Of a stretch of DNA of 64,000 nucleotides, positions 60,779-64,000 are shown one piece after another (within the stretch, counting starts at the first letter, position 1; every line of letters starts with the position of its first letter). The stretch is from assembly GCA_019057865.1 (NCBI GenBank), contig JAHLWP010000001.1, positions 64,001-128,000 on the forward strand, in the 5' to 3' direction. The DNA comes from Promethearchaeota archaeon. GTDB lineage: Archaea; Asgardarchaeota; Lokiarchaeia; Sigyniarchaeales; SOKP01. A program made the translations under genes and the position numbers. The notes beneath the pieces were generated by a model. It made no database searches and was not told the DNA's origin. It saw only the letters and a program-made list of their open reading frames with translations.

Positions 60779-61195
60779 TTATCCCAAATAGTTTGATAAA
60801 AATTTCTTTAAAGAATTTTTAACATCTGTAGAAATATGATGTTCAATTTCACACGAGATTTTTTCAACTAAATCCATATCATCAATCTTTAAAACTTTTT
60901 CAAAAAAGGCATATAGTAGATCATGAGTTTCATTCAACTGGATAGCTATTCTTTTTCCTTTTTCAGTTAATCTGATAGCTCTTCTAGGTTTCCATAAAAT
61001 TAAACCTGCTCGTTGAAGTTTCTCAAGCATGCCAGTAACACTTGCCGGTTTTACATTTAAATTTTCAGCGAGCTCTTTATTAGAAACCCAACCACCTCGT
61101 TTTTTATGTGATATAATGTATATCTCATCTAGATATCGTTGATAGCTTTCAGGGATATCTGATATATTTATATCATCTTTGCTATTGTTCGCCAT
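60779..61195 (-). CDS. DtxR/MntR metal-dependent regulator
   Basis: ELAENLNVKPASVTGMLEKL, LTEKG, CEIEHHIS. Confidence 0.9.
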   Translation of the reverse strand: MANNSKDDINISDIPESYQRYLDEIYIISHKKRGGWVSNKELAENLNVKPASVTGMLEKLQRAGLILWKPRRAIRLTEKGKRIAIQLNETHDLLYAFFEKVLKIDDMDLVEKISCEIEHHISTDVKNSLKKFLSNYLG

Positions 61196-61349
61196 ATTAT
61201 TTTAAAATTACTAAATGATTGTAATTATGCAAGAATGATAACATAAAATATTCATAAAAATCTTTTCAATATTACATCTAAAGAATTTTATAAATATAAT
61301 TATATATATTAGTTTTAATAGTACTAAAACGAATTATTTTTAAATAAAA

Positions 61350-61925
61350 ATGGTAAAAAATTTTCCAGGTACATTAATTTTAGTCGTTGGAAATTCTGGA
61401 TCTGGGAAAGATTCAATTATTAATGGAGTATCAGAAAAATATCCTTTAGATTTAAAGAAAATTTATATTGTAAAAAGGTACATTACTAGACCACCCTCTG
61501 AAACTGAGAATAATTACTTGATAGGTTCAGAAGAATTTAATGAGATGAGTAAACAAGGAGAATTTGCTTTACAGTGGCATATTTATGGATTAGATTATGG
61601 TGTCCCTATAGAAATAGAAGAATGGCTTAAAAAGGGACATATAGTAATAGTCAATGTTAGCAGAACAATCATTAATGACGCAAGAAAAAAATATAAGAAC
61701 CTCAAGGTTGTATTTATAGAAGTTCCTTTTGAAACTACTCTCCAACGTTTAAAAAGTAGAGAAAGAGAAAGCGAACAAGGATTGAAGGAAAGAATAGAAA
61801 GAGCCAGAAACAATCAAAAATTTCTTGAAGCAGACTTTGAAATTGATAATTCTGGGGATCTTGATGAAGCCATCAATCAATTTTTAAATTATGTTATAAG
61901 TATAGTAAAAGACAATAAACATTAA
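61350..61925 (+). CDS. phnN: Ribose 1,5-bisphosphokinase / guanylate-kinase-like
   Basis: VVGNSGSGKDS, RYITRP, FALQWHIYGLDYGVP, VNVSR. Confidence 0.8.
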   Translation: MVKNFPGTLILVVGNSGSGKDSIINGVSEKYPLDLKKIYIVKRYITRPPSETENNYLIGSEEFNEMSKQGEFALQWHIYGLDYGVPIEIEEWLKKGHIVIVNVSRTIINDARKKYKNLKVVFIEVPFETTLQRLKSRERESEQGLKERIERARNNQKFLEADFEIDNSGDLDEAINQFLNYVISIVKDNKH

Positions 61926-61992
61926 ATAATGAATAAAATTTTTTTAGAAGGAAATACTATCAATATTACTTTTTTATCCTCTTTTAAACATT

Positions 61993-62095
61993 GGCCGGGT
62001 TCGTCTAGTGGTAAGGATTGGGGACTGTGAATCCCTAGAGGTTTAAGATCTATTCTATTACCGGGGAAAGACGGGTTCAATTCCCGTACCCGGCC
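61993..62095 (+). tRNA. tRNA-His(GUG) with a 30-nt intron (62039-62068) at about position 45/46
   Basis: Acceptor GCCGGGT/ACCCGGC, encoded G-1 and C73, anticodon loop CTGTGAA (GTG 62027-62029), T arm ACGGG-TTCAATT-CCCGT. The insertion forms a bulge-helix-bulge. Confidence 0.9.
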
Positions 62096-62247
62096 CTCCT
62101 TAATTTTTATTAAGACTCTATTTAATACATCATATTTATATGTACTTTTTATAATCAAGGTTTGAAAAATTGGAAAATTAAAATCAAAGCACTCATTTTA
62201 TTTAATCGCTAATTTGCAGTTACACAAAAGTTGAGTTATTTTAAATA

Positions 62248-62700
62248 ATGCTTTTAGAAGAAGATAAGCTTCGAGACATACCAGGTTGGAAAAAAGACGC
62301 TCCTATTCCAATTTGCATGGGCGGAGATTATCGTGCTTTAACTTTTTGTTGTAAAACAGGATATTCTTTAACTTTCAGTTTTAAGTGTAAAAGAGACAAA
62401 GTTTTAAATGAATTAAATCTTTCAGCAAAAGAGTTTATAAAAATTAAGGAGGATTTTTCTAAAAAAAACGGTTGGGATTCGGAAATTGTGTGTTTTGGCT
62501 CAATATCGTATTGTTGTATGAGACGTGGAGGTTGTCCTAGGCGTGATGTCGCTTTAAGCATTAGATATCCTAAAAAATCCAAAGAAGAATTTATGAGAAT
62601 TTACTTTCAAAAGAAGAAAGAGTTATCAAAAAGGATTTTAGAGAGTATTAAGAATTATAAAGGAAAGGAGAAAGTAAAACCTTACTTGGACTTGTTTTGA
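62248..62700 (+). CDS. Methanogenesis marker domain 9-like Cys-rich protein
   Basis: W..AP..IC.GGD.RAL.FCCK...C.RD...CFGSISYCC...GCPRRD pattern. Confidence 0.75.
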   Translation: MLLEEDKLRDIPGWKKDAPIPICMGGDYRALTFCCKTGYSLTFSFKCKRDKVLNELNLSAKEFIKIKEDFSKKNGWDSEIVCFGSISYCCMRRGGCPRRDVALSIRYPKKSKEEFMRIYFQKKKELSKRILESIKNYKGKEKVKPYLDLF

Positions 62701-62713
62701 AAAATCTATGCTT

Positions 62714-62995
62714 TTAGGATATAAACTCAGATTTTAATGATTTAAAAAGTACTTTATGCTCTTTCTTAGTTAAATCCTTAATCTTTTTCCCCCTTTTATG
62801 TAAATGATCAGGATTATCTATCATAAGTAAGTTCAATAGGAAAAGTAAACAATTTTTAGCTTTAAAATTATTATGATTGATTGAGAAATCATTCATTAAT
62901 TTAATCATATATGTTACTGTCCAAAGCTCTGAGAAACTTTTCGACCTATTAATATTATGATTATAAAAATCTAATATCTCGTCAAAGCAATCCAC
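62714..62995 (-). CDS. Hypothetical protein
   Basis: 93-aa ORF with GTG start filling the gap. Confidence 0.5.
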   Translation of the reverse strand: MDCFDEILDFYNHNINRSKSFSELWTVTYMIKLMNDFSINHNNFKAKNCLLFLLNLLMIDNPDHLHKRGKKIKDLTKKEHKVLFKSLKSEFIS

Positions 62996-63180
62996 TTTTT
63001 ATCACTTATATATATTCCATTAGCAAATCTTAAAAGTTTTGTGGTTTTACTTCAAAGTTAAACTACTAAATTATACAGAGATTAATGAACATATTAATAA
63101 CTAATTAAATATGAAATTCCTTTTTGTCTGGAGAATTATAGGAAATTTTAAATAGTTGTTTTAATAAATATTTTCTTAAG

Positions 63181-63339
63181 ATGATTTTAGAGGAAGTTCC
63201 TTCACACCCATTCAGAGATGATATTTATATAAACTCAGTTATTACTCCTTATGATGAGGTTAAAAATAGCGATAAAATGATGGTTAAAAGGATCTTATTG
63301 AAAGAAATCGCTACAAAGGAGTTAAAAGTAATTGCATAA
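63181..63339 (+). CDS. Possible small hypothetical protein (52 aa)
   Basis: ATG...MILEEVPSHPFRDDIYINSVITPYDEVKNSDKMMVKRILLKEIATKELKVIA-TAA; below the track length cutoff. Confidence 0.4.
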   Translation: MILEEVPSHPFRDDIYINSVITPYDEVKNSDKMMVKRILLKEIATKELKVIA

Positions 63340-63389
63340 TAATTAACTCCTTCTAAATTTTAAACCTATAAAAATAAAAAAAAAGAAAA

Positions 63390-64000
63390 TTATTTCTTAT
63401 TAATTCTTATAAAGATTAGAGGAAGTATATAAGTTAACACAAAAGCTATGAAAGCATAACGACCGAATCTATAAAAAACACTATTAATTTCTAGTAGATA
63501 CTCAAGTGGTATGAATATAGCCATTAGAATTACTAATCCAATAACTACATTAAGCAGTTTTTGTTTATTCCTCAACTCTTTTGGTTCATATTTAATGTAT
63601 TCATTTTCTAACAGATAGCCAACACCTAATCCTAATATTACTCCTCCTACTTGAGCAAATGCTCCAGCATCTGGGAAATGATCAACTTGATCTTTAGGTA
63701 CTAAACCTAATCCAGCTCTCGGAAATAATAAGGTTGGAATCACAAATAGTAAAATCGAAATAGTTATTGTTAATATTAGTTTTATTTGAAAACTAAGCTT
63801 ATTAAATTGTATAGTAAAGATTGGTTCTAAGTATATAAATAAGAGTAAGAATCCAATACCTATTAAGAGCCCTCCAATCACATCTTGAAGATCATGTACA
63901 CCATAGAACATTCTTGATATGGCCACAAGAAATATAATTACTGAGAGAATAACTGGTACGACAGGGATACCTAAAGGTTTAGGTTTATCTTTAAATTCAT
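63390..64000 (-). CDS. PAP2-family membrane phosphatase (5' part outside the window)
   Basis: SRMFYGVHDLQDVIGG motif 3; frame open to the window edge. Confidence 0.85.
   Translation of the reverse strand, partial: EFKDKPKPLGIPVVPVILSVIIFLVAISRMFYGVHDLQDVIGGLLIGIGFLLLFIYLEPIFTIQFNKLSFQIKLILTITISILLFVIPTLLFPRAGLGLVPKDQVDHFPDAGAFAQVGGVILGLGVGYLLENEYIKYEPKELRNKQKLLNVVIGLVILMAIFIPLEYLLEINSVFYRFGRYAFIAFVLTYILPLIFIRINKK

Noticed and set aside
61922-62158. 78-aa minus-strand ORF
   Set aside because: It is the antisense shadow of tRNA-His.
63240-63352. Possible structured RNA (tagcgat/atcgcta and aaggagttaa/ttaactcctt pairings)
   Set aside because: It overlaps a plausible small ORF and has no SECIS core geometry or recognisable RNA family.
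1-64000. CRISPR arrays, rRNA, transposases, integrases
   Set aside because: None seen; the only periodicity comes from LRR coding repeats.

Overview
AT-rich archaeal DNA that looks like Asgard/Lokiarchaeia: gelsolin-like, longin-like and HEAT-LRR proteins, an ATP-dependent ligase, and GAGGTGA Shine-Dalgarno (SD) motifs. The ORF track is broken by UGA recoding in two places. (1) hdrA (16430-14448, two in-frame UGA) and a completely missed mvhD/vhuD (14443-13964, two UGA) are followed by a eukaryote-like 3' SECIS at 13887-13955. (2) Best finding: a beta-grasp (SAMP/MoaD-like) gene directly downstream of the arsenite exporter acr3 reads ...DSG-C-UGA-UGA, stays open for 37 more codons, and is followed by a second SECIS of the same architecture (24289-24370). 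This is a candidate new selenoprotein with a Cys-Sec-Sec motif where the ubiquitin-like diglycine would sit. It lies in a ~10 kb metal(loid) island between pyrF and hisS. The island also holds three ArsR regulators, four DGC Cys-rich domains (one fused to a lipoyl GcvH domain), a stand-alone HdrA N-terminal module, a ferredoxin, DUF166 and a decayed merA. Elsewhere: tRNA-His with a non-canonical variable-loop intron, a corrinoid/homocysteine-methyltransferase/MttB trio, a 2-oxoacid:ferredoxin oxidoreductase operon ending in an FrhB-PyrK fusion, ABC exporters and ordinary metabolic genes. All calls come from motif recognition by eye; no searches were run.
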